A stretch of 64,000 nt of DNA from contig OZ250183.1 in the NCBI GenBank assembly GCA_965238225.1, forward strand, positions 64,001 to 128,000, read 5' to 3'. Origin of the DNA: Gammaproteobacteria bacterium (lineage in GTDB: Bacteria > Pseudomonadota > Gammaproteobacteria > Eutrophobiales > Eutrophobiaceae). Below, one piece after another: positions 21,353 through 30,888 of this stretch (its first letter is position 1; every line of letters starts with the position of its first letter). Made by a program: the position numbers and the translations under genes. The notes beneath the pieces are model-generated. The model worked only from the letters and a program-made list of their open reading frames with translations, searched no databases and was not told the origin of the DNA.

Positions 21353-22771
21353 ATGGAGATTTCTGGTTACAAAATAAAGCATAGAATTGGTCAAGGCGGC
21401 ATGGCTACTGTTTATATCGCCGTACAGGAGTCATTAAATAGATCCGTCGCACTCAAAATACTTGATATCAATAATCCTTCTGCTAACGAGACGCTCATCA
21501 AAAGATTTCTTGCGGAAGGTCGTATTGTCGCAAAGCTGAACCATCCAAACATCATCACTATCTTTGATATTGGTGTTGCAAATAACTCTTTGTACATCTC
21601 CATGGAATATGTCGATGGAGGCGATCTTAAAATGCGAATGGCGGTACCCACACCCCCTGATACCGCACTTGAATATCTTATTAAGATCGGCTCGGGACTG
21701 GATATGGCACATAAAATGGGTGTGGTGCATCGTGACATCAAACCAGAAAATATTATATTTAGAGATAAAAACACACCACTAATAACTGACTTTGGTATCG
21801 CCAAGCAAACTAATGCTATGGACAATAATTTAACATCTACCGGTCTGTTTCTTGGAAGTCCAAACTATATGAGTCCCGAACAGGCCGATGATATTGAAAT
21901 TGATGGTCGCGCTGATATCTACAGTTTGGGCTGTTTATTTTATGAAATGCTGACTTGCAAAAAGCCCTATAACTCAACAACACTTTTTGATGTCATTATT
22001 AAACATAAGCAGGCACCCATACCTGTTTTCGACGAAGACTTGAGCAGATTTCAACCTTTGTTAGATAAAATGATGGCAAAAAATCGAAATGATCGATTTA
22101 ACGATGCCGCTGAGATGGTAGAAAGCGCCAAGAAATTACAAGAAATCGAAGGAAATGTGACCGCTGTCACAGATGACAATATACCTCTTCAAAAAGTAAC
22201 ACAAAAAAAAGCACAAACCCTGAATATTTTATTGCTGTTTCTGATGACTACAGGCGCAATTTTTGGAACCTTGCAATACGCAGAATCAAGAATGCATAAT
22301 GATTCACCAAACATCAAAAATGTACCTGCCAATATGAGTTGGCCTGATAATATCAACCAATCAATGATTAATAATGCCATACAGTCAGTAAGTACAGATA
22401 CAGCTGAAACACCAGTTAACATTTCCGCAGACGTTATTGAGGCTTTACATTGGCTGGGCAAGAAAAGTCTGGAAGACTATCGCCTCACTCATCCAGAAAA
22501 AGATAATGCCTATTATTATTATTCGAGATTGCTTGAAGCAAACCCAAGTGATAAAACTGCGGCAAAAGGCCTGCTGAACATCGCCAACAAATATGCCTAT
22601 CTGGCGGATGTATCAGTTATTGAGAATGACTATGACAAAGCGCAAGCCTATATTAGTATCGGTTTAAAGTTTAACCCAAATCATAACGCATTGATTAAAT
22701 TAAAAAAACTAAACTTGAGTGTTCAGAAAAAATCATTCATGGAAAAGTTGGTGAATTTATTCGAAAAATAA
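21353..22771 (+). CDS. Hanks-type Ser/Thr protein kinase with TM helix and C-terminal helical (TPR-like) domain
   Basis: IGQGGMATVY, VALK, HRDIKPEN, TDFGIAK, GSPNYMSPEQ, DIYSLG; TM LNILLLFLMTTGAIF; RLTHPEKDNAYYYY. Confidence 0.92.
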   Translation: MEISGYKIKHRIGQGGMATVYIAVQESLNRSVALKILDINNPSANETLIKRFLAEGRIVAKLNHPNIITIFDIGVANNSLYISMEYVDGGDLKMRMAVPTPPDTALEYLIKIGSGLDMAHKMGVVHRDIKPENIIFRDKNTPLITDFGIAKQTNAMDNNLTSTGLFLGSPNYMSPEQADDIEIDGRADIYSLGCLFYEMLTCKKPYNSTTLFDVIIKHKQAPIPVFDEDLSRFQPLLDKMMAKNRNDRFNDAAEMVESAKKLQEIEGNVTAVTDDNIPLQKVTQKKAQTLNILLLFLMTTGAIFGTLQYAESRMHNDSPNIKNVPANMSWPDNINQSMINNAIQSVSTDTAETPVNISADVIEALHWLGKKSLEDYRLTHPEKDNAYYYYSRLLEANPSDKTAAKGLLNIANKYAYLADVSVIENDYDKAQAYISIGLKFNPNHNALIKLKKLNLSVQKKSFMEKLVNLFEK

Positions 22772-22831
22772 TTAATAAAAGTAATTCTTCCGAGATTCCT
22801 TACCTACTCTCTACTTATCCGCCCCGTTTAT

Positions 22832-23332
22832 TTATTCCTTAATTGTAGCCTTAGCATCTGCTGTCTTCTTTCTCTCCCACTCTGCAACCACTGCCTTCAT
22901 TTTTTCATCAGATGCCTTGTCTTCGTTAATTTCTGCTTCCATCAACTTTTTATTCTCATATTTTTGCATCTTGTGGCTTTGCCTGAGTACATCTGAGGTT
23001 TGTCTACCATAGCTACCTTTTATTTTAGCAGCTTCTATTGCCTTCTGTTTTGCTGCAAGCCTATTTTCTTCTGCACCAATAAAAGCTTGTATACGCAAAG
23101 ACTCACGCTCGTCATCAGAAATTTTAATGGCTGTATCATCAATAATTTTGCCTCCGCTGAAGACAAAGACCCGTGGCTCCTTCTCGATACCGCGATACCA
23201 GGCAGGAGGCTTACCAGATAATTGTGTTGTTCCAGTTTCAGAATCTGTCCATTGATACATCCGAGCCTGAATAGATTGTATAAGAATAGATTGACTAAAA
23301 AAAAATAAACCGATGATGTAATAACGATGCAC
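22832..23332 (-). CDS. Exported protein with DUF4124-like N-terminus
   Basis: Signal peptide followed by MYQWTD..G..QLSGKPP. Confidence 0.65.
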   Translation of the reverse strand: MHRYYIIGLFFFSQSILIQSIQARMYQWTDSETGTTQLSGKPPAWYRGIEKEPRVFVFSGGKIIDDTAIKISDDERESLRIQAFIGAEENRLAAKQKAIEAAKIKGSYGRQTSDVLRQSHKMQKYENKKLMEAEINEDKASDEKMKAVVAEWERKKTADAKATIKE

Positions 23333-23527
23333 TTATATAATCCTCCCCGCAGCATTGATAACATTGTAACATCCTCTGACGTATACTAAAACCATCCAAA
23401 AACTCATACTTCATTAGGTCTGGTAAATCAGGGCTAGATTTACAGAAAATAACTGACACGAAAGAGATTGTAATTTTAAGGAATATTCTAATGAAAATAG
23501 CTATACCAATATATAAAGTTGAAAAAA

Positions 23528-24757
23528 ATGAATTTGTTTGATACTGCTGCCCTGCTTATTACCCTAACGGCTGTATTTAGTTTCATAAATCACCTCACGC
23601 TTAAATTACCAACGACAATCGGTGTCATGCTCATTGGCCTGTTAATATCTTTAACTCTATTAATACTCAAACTACTAGGTCTGGATTTAACTATTCAGGC
23701 AAGCGCCATTCTAAAATCAATTGATTTCAGCCAAACTCTCATGCACGGCATGCTAAGTTACCTGTTGTTTGCAGGTGCCCTGCATGTCAACCTAGCCGAT
23801 TTGAACAAACAAAAATGGTTAATTACGACATTGGCAACATTGGGTGTTATCGCATCCACCACGATTGTTGGCGTGTTACTTTGGTTTGTTCTAGGCTGTA
23901 TTGGTATCAACTTACCTTTTTTATATTGCCTGATTTTTGGCGCCCTGATTTCACCTACTGACCCTATCGCTGTACTCGCAATACTGCGCAAGGCAAACGC
24001 ACCAAAATCTTTAGAGACGCAAATTACCGGGGAATCGTTATTTAATGATGGTGTAGGTGTCGTTGTATTTTTATTGATAAGCGGTTTCACTTTAGGTGAA
24101 ATTGACATTACATTCAACTCAATAATTATTTTCTTTTTTCAGGAGGCATTAGGAGGCGCTGTATTTGGGTTTGTAGCAGGTGGCATTACCTATGTCATGT
24201 TAAAACGCATTGATAATTATCAAGTTGAAATATTACTAACGCTGGCTCTAGTTACTGGCGGTTACTCCCTAGCCCACGCGCTACATTTATCTGCTCCCAT
24301 CGCTATAGTCGTTGCTGGACTTATGATTGGCAATCACGGACGAGGGCTGGCAATGAGTGAAACTACTAGAGAACACCTAGACACCTTCTGGGAACTCATT
24401 GATGAGATACTTAATGCTATTTTATTTGTTTTGATTGGTCTTGAAATTCTGATTATTACTTTTGACTCACAATTACTGCTTGCAGGAGGATTTTCTATTG
24501 CTATTGTGTTAATTGCTAGATTTATCAGTGTTAGCACCCCTATATTTTGTATCGCTAGATTTAGAAAATTACCCCGGGGTATTATTAAAATTCTAACATG
24601 GGGCGGATTACGCGGTGGTATTTCAGTAGCGTTAGCGCTTTCATTGCCAGAAAGCGTAGAAAGAGAAACGATTTTGACGATTACCTACTGTGTTGTTGTT
24701 TTCTCAATCCTAGTGCAAGGTTTGACTATCGGCAGGCTAATTAAAATATATGCCTGA
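23528..24757 (+). CDS. nhaP: CPA1-family Na+/H+ antiporter (NhaP-like)
   Basis: Multi-TM protein; [38 protein letters not shown]. Confidence 0.88.
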   Translation: MNLFDTAALLITLTAVFSFINHLTLKLPTTIGVMLIGLLISLTLLILKLLGLDLTIQASAILKSIDFSQTLMHGMLSYLLFAGALHVNLADLNKQKWLITTLATLGVIASTTIVGVLLWFVLGCIGINLPFLYCLIFGALISPTDPIAVLAILRKANAPKSLETQITGESLFNDGVGVVVFLLISGFTLGEIDITFNSIIIFFFQEALGGAVFGFVAGGITYVMLKRIDNYQVEILLTLALVTGGYSLAHALHLSAPIAIVVAGLMIGNHGRGLAMSETTREHLDTFWELIDEILNAILFVLIGLEILIITFDSQLLLAGGFSIAIVLIARFISVSTPIFCIARFRKLPRGIIKILTWGGLRGGISVALALSLPESVERETILTITYCVVVFSILVQGLTIGRLIKIYA

Positions 24758-24822
24758 TGTTTGTATGGCCTTGACCTATTCCCTTGTTTGTCAACTTTAG
24801 AATAATGATAGAAAGGGGCAAA

Positions 24823-25545
24823 TCAGGCGTTCACGCAGGCGAGGTACGCTTGTTCTATGGTGTTAGTTTTAAACAGACTTGTACATTCTTCTATGCTTCC
24901 TGTAAACCGAATACGACCCTCATGGAGAATCGCAACACGATGACATAAGGCTTCTATATCTGCCAGCATATGGGTACTGAAAAAAATTGTCTTGCCAGAT
25001 TTTTTTAGTTCTATGAGGTACTGTTTTAAATAGGCACGAGCTTTTGGATCCAAACCACTCATAGGTTCATCGAGCACCATCAAGTCCTTATCACTCATCA
25101 AACAAGCCACTAAGCCCAGTTTTTGTGCCATACCTTTTGAGAATTTCCTAACAGGTTTTAATAATGCTGATGGCTCCAAATCAAGAATTTTAAATAAATC
25201 AGTTACCTTGTTGCTATCATATTTTACACCGTGAAGTTCTGCCATATACGCCAGAAAATCTCTTCCTGTAAGATAATAAGGTGGCATAAACCGTTCCGGG
25301 AGAAATACCAATTTCTCTCTTGCTTGCTTTTTTGTATTAGCAATTCCGAATAGTTTAATCTTGCCGGAGCTAATATCGCAAAAATCAAGCAGGCATTTAA
25401 TCAGGGTTGTTTTACCCGCACCATTGACACCGATTAGCCCAGTAAACTCACCTTTGTAAACAGACAGGTTAATCTCATTTAAAACCTGAGTGCTGGCAAA
25501 AGATTTACAAAGTTTTTCTATTTGAATCGCTAAGTCAACCATCAC
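24823..25545 (-). CDS. ABC transporter ATP-binding protein (pilus-associated, PilH-like)
   Basis: Walker A GVNGAGKTT, signature FSKGMAQK, LDEPMSGLDP, STH switch. Confidence 0.92.
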   Translation of the reverse strand: MMVDLAIQIEKLCKSFASTQVLNEINLSVYKGEFTGLIGVNGAGKTTLIKCLLDFCDISSGKIKLFGIANTKKQAREKLVFLPERFMPPYYLTGRDFLAYMAELHGVKYDSNKVTDLFKILDLEPSALLKPVRKFSKGMAQKLGLVACLMSDKDLMVLDEPMSGLDPKARAYLKQYLIELKKSGKTIFFSTHMLADIEALCHRVAILHEGRIRFTGSIEECTSLFKTNTIEQAYLACVNA

Positions 25546-25675
25546 ATTTTATTTTTTAGTTGCCGCGTTATTGTCTTAGGTTTTTGGTCATGAATGACTT
25601 AAGGCCGTCCATAGAATTAGCCAAAGTCATTCTCGCACCTCCCTGTGCTACACGGACATAAGATCATCTGTGGCC

Positions 25676-25708
25676 AAAAAATAATGCCCGCTTGCGCGGG
25701 CGTTATTT
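25676..25708 (-). terminator. Intrinsic terminator downstream of the major pilin
   Basis: Minus strand GCCCGC-GCAA-GCGGGC stem with a GNRA loop, extended by AT pairs and followed by a T tract. Confidence 0.75.
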
Positions 25709-25736
25709 ATAAATAATTCTTAAATAAATATCTAAT

Positions 25737-26516
25737 TCAATAAATATACACTGGTCCACAATTTTGTTGATTCACAAAAATATTATATATATCTGTTGAC
25801 TCAGTACCTGAACCAGCTACAGGAGATGCAGCCGTCGAGGCCGCTGTCGCAGTACAGTCAAGCTGTGCTGTGAAGAAATCGGCAGTATTAAAATCGGTGG
25901 TGGTGTTAGCATCACTGGTTAAACGTAGAACACCAGTATTTGGAAAACTATCATCAATCTTAATATCCAACTCTCTGGCAATACTAACTGGTACATCGCG
26001 ACCCATATGTAGGCTTAAGCGCTCTACAGGACTTGCCCCTGCATAACCATCATTGCGTGTTAATACCAAAACAGAGTTAAAAGCATTTCTTGGTGCATTA
26101 GCCGCATAGTCATTTATATCAGTAACGACATTTGTTGCTGGTGTAAATCCGCTGCCTATAAAATTTGATTTGGTCAAATGTTCCCATACAGCTACCGCTT
26201 CTGCTACTGTGTTGTCAATACGACCATTACCATCGCCACCGTTATGAATTTCTTGACCAATTGCCTGCCCCGCTTTAACTTCATCCATATCACCAGGTAT
26301 CTGGCGAAACCTGTCGATAAAACCAAAATAAGCTGCCTGAATGCCTGAATTCTGGTCTGCCATGCTCCTTACTCTGGCACTATTGATGAGTTCTTGACCC
26401 TTTAAGATGCCGCCAAGCAAAAGACCAATAATCACCAATACAATGGCGATTTCTATGAGCGTAAAACCCATTTGTTTTTTGTTGTGCATTTCTATTTTAG
26501 CTTCTATTTTATTCAT
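25737..26516 (-). CDS. Type IV prepilin, probable major pilin
   Basis: KKQMG|FTLIEIAIVLVIIGLLLGG class III signal (G-1, F1, E5) and a C-terminal Cys pair; own promoter and terminator; alternative start at 26489. Confidence 0.88.
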   Translation of the reverse strand: MNKIEAKIEMHNKKQMGFTLIEIAIVLVIIGLLLGGILKGQELINSARVRSMADQNSGIQAAYFGFIDRFRQIPGDMDEVKAGQAIGQEIHNGGDGNGRIDNTVAEAVAVWEHLTKSNFIGSGFTPATNVVTDINDYAANAPRNAFNSVLVLTRNDGYAGASPVERLSLHMGRDVPVSIARELDIKIDDSFPNTGVLRLTSDANTTTDFNTADFFTAQLDCTATAASTAASPVAGSGTESTDIYNIFVNQQNCGPVYIY

Positions 26517-26613
26517 TTATATTTTTCCCGTTGACATCTATAGTGCTTGAAGGCTATTTAGCCGTTTTAGCCGTATGGCTTCTTTCTTTACAGTACCTAG
26601 ACAGAAATGATAA

Positions 26614-26629
26614 AGCATTTTCTATGCCA
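26614..26629 (-). promoter_or_regulatory. Sigma-54 (-24/-12) promoter of the pilin gene
   Basis: Minus strand TGGCATAGAAAATGCT has the exact GG-N10-GC spacing. Confidence 0.75.
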
Positions 26630-26636
26630 TACATCA

Positions 26637-26649
26637 TAACACACTGATT
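26637..26649 (-). promoter_or_regulatory. IHF-binding site
   Basis: Minus strand AATCAGTGTGTTA matches WATCARNNNNTTR; AT-rich flank; lies between the sigma-54 site and the enhancer palindromes. Confidence 0.55.
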
Positions 26650-26695
26650 TTATAATTTTTTTTAAATATATTTTTCTTGAAAAAATCGAATTTTC

Positions 26696-26731
26696 TGATG
26701 ATCCTTCATCACAATTGTCAATATTTCGACA
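26696..26731. promoter_or_regulatory. Tandem enhancer (UAS) palindromes for a sigma-54 activator
   Basis: TGATGA-TCCT-TCATCA (26696-26711) and TGT-N10-ACA, TGTCAATATTTCGACA (26716-26731), about 70-100 bp upstream of the -24 element. Confidence 0.55.
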
Positions 26732-26771
26732 GGTGGAAATGAGAAAAGGCTAAAAGTGGCGTATGACTATA

Positions 26772-27506
26772 TTATCTTTCCTGTTTTTGCTCTAATCTTA
26801 AGAGGTGTTCTTGTAGAAATTGCAGTTCGTGGGGATCTGTCATTGTGCCACTTGCCAATAAACCTCCGATCAATATTTTTGCGCTTTCTATCTCACCCAT
26901 ATCCTCAAGGATATAAATCTCCATCTGTTTCACCCAAGACGGGATATTATCTGCTGTCACCTGCTGGGCAATGGCATGGGCAAACCTTAATGCCAAGGGA
27001 TGATCTTTAAGTTGGTGCTTGGCAATATAGATTGCGTGTGCCATGGATGGCCATCGGGCATTTGGATCCTGGGAAAATTGTTCAAAGATAAATTCCAACA
27101 TTTGTCGTTTTTTCTCATTATTTGCAATAGCACCATAAATACGGGCAGCGGCCAATAATGGATATTGACCCTTGGGATCCAAAGTTAATATTGTTTCTAG
27201 CCAGTGAATGACTCGAGAATAATCAAGGTTTTTAAATGGCACGCTGATGCCTGGTTGATTATCAAACGCTTGCAACCACAACATAAATAATCTCGAAATT
27301 GCAATAGAATCTCCCAGACCCATTAATTGGGACTCTATTTGCGTAGGTGGCGAAGGCAATGGCTTGATTTCTATTTTCGTGGGCACACTTCGACTTGACC
27401 AATAAATTTGCAAAAGAAAAAAAATGATTAAAGTTATGGTGATGAATACAGGAACATCTTTTACTGGACGTTCATCTGGATTATTGACTAATTTCCTGAA
27501 AATCAT
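26772..27506 (-). CDS. Membrane-anchored helical protein associated with the pilus ABC module
   Basis: Single N-terminal TM helix; LWLQAFDNQPG; TPR-like WLETILTLDP; directly follows the permease. Confidence 0.7.
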   Translation of the reverse strand: MIFRKLVNNPDERPVKDVPVFITITLIIFFLLQIYWSSRSVPTKIEIKPLPSPPTQIESQLMGLGDSIAISRLFMLWLQAFDNQPGISVPFKNLDYSRVIHWLETILTLDPKGQYPLLAAARIYGAIANNEKKRQMLEFIFEQFSQDPNARWPSMAHAIYIAKHQLKDHPLALRFAHAIAQQVTADNIPSWVKQMEIYILEDMGEIESAKILIGGLLASGTMTDPHELQFLQEHLLRLEQKQER

Positions 27507-27511
27507 ACACT

Positions 27512-28288
27512 TTAGAAATTCTTTCTGTGTAGATCAAAACATGCTGCTGCAAATAGCAAGATAACATAGATAAGCGTTTGGGAAACTACAAGCATATATT
27601 CACTACTGCCACCGCCACCATAAACTAACCATTCTGTTTTGCTAAATTGATCTAATCTTGGCAGTAGTATTGCGATGCAATCAATGACTATATTAATTAT
27701 TTTATGGGAGATTTCTGCTGTTTCCAGAATAGGGCTCGCGCCTATTAACTGGATGGTGCTAATCGTCCGTGCCAATAAATAAAACGCCGCAACAAAGAAA
27801 AGCACACTGGTAGCGTTTTTGAATGTGACGAGGCACAACAAAGACAAGGTCGTGAGAATCCACAATTCACAAATCAAAGAAATACACCACAATATCAGTT
27901 GTGGAGTAGTATTTATTAATGCAAGTGGTATACAAACAATAATTGCAATAAGTACACACAATAGAAAAAATCCGAGTATCTTTCCAAGAAGATATGAGTA
28001 TCTATCCACTGGCAGGGAAATAATTAACTCAAGCCATTTGTCGTTAAATTCTCTGACTGTGCTTGTGATTACAAAGACGCAAATAATAAATACGGCAAAA
28101 AGCCGTAAAATCATTGCTGCTATCGCACTTTGAGTTTGGGTAGTTTCGGTAACTGCCAGTTCGCCAATAAATTGCGTTAATCCAAACAAGCCCACGACAG
28201 CTAATAACACCAATGTAAATAGACGATTATTGGTACTCTCTATTAATGTAAACTTGGCTATCGTCGATATGGGTTGTATTGTTATCAT
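27512..28288 (-). CDS. ABC-2 type permease (PilI-like)
   Basis: About 6 TM helices; IAKFTLIES, ISLPVDRYSYLLGKILG, LPRLDQF, FDLHRKNF. Confidence 0.85.
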   Translation of the reverse strand: MITIQPISTIAKFTLIESTNNRLFTLVLLAVVGLFGLTQFIGELAVTETTQTQSAIAAMILRLFAVFIICVFVITSTVREFNDKWLELIISLPVDRYSYLLGKILGFFLLCVLIAIIVCIPLALINTTPQLILWCISLICELWILTTLSLLCLVTFKNATSVLFFVAAFYLLARTISTIQLIGASPILETAEISHKIINIVIDCIAILLPRLDQFSKTEWLVYGGGGSSEYMLVVSQTLIYVILLFAAACFDLHRKNF

Positions 28289-28354
28289 GTTGTATTCTAT
28301 TTGTAATCTACGAGCACTATACTACAAAGCAATTATAATGAACGGCCTTATATA

Positions 28355-30052
28355 ATGATGATGTTACCCAAGATAATAAAGACAAGACAAGAAAATCTGG
28401 TGCTTCTCGTAATGCTGGAAACATTGCATTTCGCGACATGGTACGAAATTGGGAACTATTTAAGCCAGTCACTATTGCTTGTTCATTTTGGTATGTTCTT
28501 GATGTGGCAACCTCTCCTGAAGGAAGACCAGCAAATCCCATGGGGCAAAAGCCTGCTATTCATTACCCTCACACTTATCTTTATTTTCTGGGTCAATTGG
28601 GTTTTGATAATACTGTGGCTTATGTTGCTCATTGGCCTGGTCGGGGGGCGTGTCACGACAAGACGTTATGAACGAAATATATATATGTTCGTGATGACAT
28701 ACCTAATATTCGAATTGCTTATTTCTATTATCCCGAAAATGTTTGATATACCACTAAACAAGACTATTTATAATGTTTGTCTTATTAGCTTGCCACTGAT
28801 TCCGTTAGTATTACTGATAATATCAAACAATTTTTCTAAAAAAACTGATAAGCCTGTTGATATTTTGCTTGCTACAACGATTTCATTTATGACAGTTATT
28901 CTTGTCCTCGGTGGTTTGGTATTGATGTACCACAATCACACAGATTATATTATCGCTCTAATTCAAACATTGCTTTTTGTTAGTTTTCTTCTGATTGCTA
29001 TAAGCTGGCTTTTATCTCCTCATAGTGGTTTTAGCGGTTTCTCTCAACTGTGGACTAGATCTTTGTTAAATATTGGTACACCATTCGAAGAATGGCTTGC
29101 CAACCTTTCTAAACAAAAACAATTAAAAGATTCCCCGCAGGATTTTCTGGACACGGCAATGGGGGAAATAGTGTCGCTGCCATGGATAGCGGGCGCTACA
29201 TGGACAGGAGGTTCGGTGCATGGAATTCATGGTGAATTAACAAGGCATGAGATACACTTGGATATAAGCGGTCAGCCTCTCACTTTATTCACGTATGTTG
29301 CCCCTGCCGGGGTTATATCATTACATTGTAATTTGCTTGTTCAGTTAATTGATACATTTTACATTGCAAAAAAACAGGAACAGGAATTGGCACAAAAAAC
29401 ACATTTGCATGCCATCTATGAAACAGGGGCAAGAGTCACTCATGATATTAAAAATTTGCTTCAGTCATTGCAGACCATGACGATATTGATTGAAGAAGAT
29501 TCTAAAGTAGCCAGAGAAAAATCCCTCACACTGTTAAAAAAACAACTGCCTCATATTAGCCAACGACTGCAACGTGCTCTTGACAAATTACAGGCACCAG
29601 AAAATGAATCAACGAGTAATATCTCGGCAACACACTGGTGGGAAGAATTGTCTGCTCGTGGGGAAGATTCGCAAATCAAATTCCAGAACATAATAGAAAA
29701 TGATGCGTTAATCCCTGAAGAATTATTTAACAGTGTCGTAGAAAATCTTATCGAAAATGCAACGCAAAAAAGACAGCTTAATGCGGATATTGTCATCACC
29801 ATAAGCTTGGAAATTACATCAAATTTAATTGCGCTCACTGTTACTGATACAGGCCATGCCGTTTCTAAAAAAATTGCAAATACAATACTAAAAGAACATA
29901 TTGCATCAGATAACGGGCATGGGATTGGACTTTTTCAAGCCTCCAAGCATGCCGAATCTCTAAGCTACACCTTGGAACTTACAAAAAATTATGACGGCAA
30001 TGTAGGCTTTAGGTTGTTTAAAGAAATAACAACCTCAATCATAAAACTATAA
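28355..30052 (+). CDS. Membrane sensor histidine kinase (PrsK-like H box)
   Basis: About 7 TM helices, GARVTHDIKNLLQSL, N box ENLIENA, G1 DTG, G2 GHGIGL; antisense to the surrounding pilus genes. Confidence 0.9.
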   Translation: MMMLPKIIKTRQENLVLLVMLETLHFATWYEIGNYLSQSLLLVHFGMFLMWQPLLKEDQQIPWGKSLLFITLTLIFIFWVNWVLIILWLMLLIGLVGGRVTTRRYERNIYMFVMTYLIFELLISIIPKMFDIPLNKTIYNVCLISLPLIPLVLLIISNNFSKKTDKPVDILLATTISFMTVILVLGGLVLMYHNHTDYIIALIQTLLFVSFLLIAISWLLSPHSGFSGFSQLWTRSLLNIGTPFEEWLANLSKQKQLKDSPQDFLDTAMGEIVSLPWIAGATWTGGSVHGIHGELTRHEIHLDISGQPLTLFTYVAPAGVISLHCNLLVQLIDTFYIAKKQEQELAQKTHLHAIYETGARVTHDIKNLLQSLQTMTILIEEDSKVAREKSLTLLKKQLPHISQRLQRALDKLQAPENESTSNISATHWWEELSARGEDSQIKFQNIIENDALIPEELFNSVVENLIENATQKRQLNADIVITISLEITSNLIALTVTDTGHAVSKKIANTILKEHIASDNGHGIGLFQASKHAESLSYTLELTKNYDGNVGFRLFKEITTSIIKL

Positions 30053-30095
30053 TGCAACTATGATAAAACTACGATAAACCTGTGGCAAAAGGAGC

Positions 30096-30863
30096 TCAGG
30101 GCAATATTTCAGACTTAACAACTAAAGTTCTCAATGCATATGGGGAAATCCACATCAACATATCATCAAATTCAGAACCGTCTTTCTGACTATAATCCTT
30201 ATCTACAAAAACAGCATCATCATCAGTGTTTGCTCGTTCGTCTGCTGAGGCAGGATCATTCGCCAAGTTTTTTCCATGGGAAACGACAATGGCGGGGATG
30301 TCTCCTGCGACCTTTCCCCCATCGGCATCAACAACTTCGATATCTCCCTCAGAACAAAGAGAGAATGAAACACCCTCGGTGACAGGTGTACAGCCCGTGC
30401 CCGTACCATTCAGACCACCCGGGTCATCGGCAAAATCACCCGTAACACCATAGGTAAATTTATTGCCCCAATCATCAGTCCCTTTAATGCCCAAATCCGC
30501 CCAAGGTAAATTACCAAATTCAACAAAACAGTCCGTATCAGTATCCTCTGGCGGTTCGCTCGCTGGCTCGCGATCTTCCTCGCCATCATCAGCAGTAAAT
30601 GGCGCGCAAACATCATCATCATCATCATGATCTGGATCCCTACAATCTGGACAAGGAAGACGTTTATTTTGCAATACGAACCCATAAATCACTTCTTTTA
30701 TTTCGTCGAGCTGAACTTGCGTATTATTGCGCTGCCGTTGTTCCACCCGCGCAGCTAAGGGTGCAAGAAAGCTTGACAACAAAAGGCTCAAAATAAGAAG
30801 CACCATGGCAAGTTCTATCAGAGTAAAACCTTGTTGTATGGGATGTCGTGTAAAATATTTCAT
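30096..30863 (-). CDS. Type IV prepilin (minor pilin), Asp-rich
   Basis: QQG|FTLIELAMVLLILSLL, RLPCPD, GNLPWADLG, DDWGNKFTY. Confidence 0.85.
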   Translation of the reverse strand: MKYFTRHPIQQGFTLIELAMVLLILSLLLSSFLAPLAARVEQRQRNNTQVQLDEIKEVIYGFVLQNKRLPCPDCRDPDHDDDDDVCAPFTADDGEEDREPASEPPEDTDTDCFVEFGNLPWADLGIKGTDDWGNKFTYGVTGDFADDPGGLNGTGTGCTPVTEGVSFSLCSEGDIEVVDADGGKVAGDIPAIVVSHGKNLANDPASADERANTDDDAVFVDKDYSQKDGSEFDDMLMWISPYALRTLVVKSEILP

Positions 30864-30888
30864 TGTATATATATTATTGGCATATATA

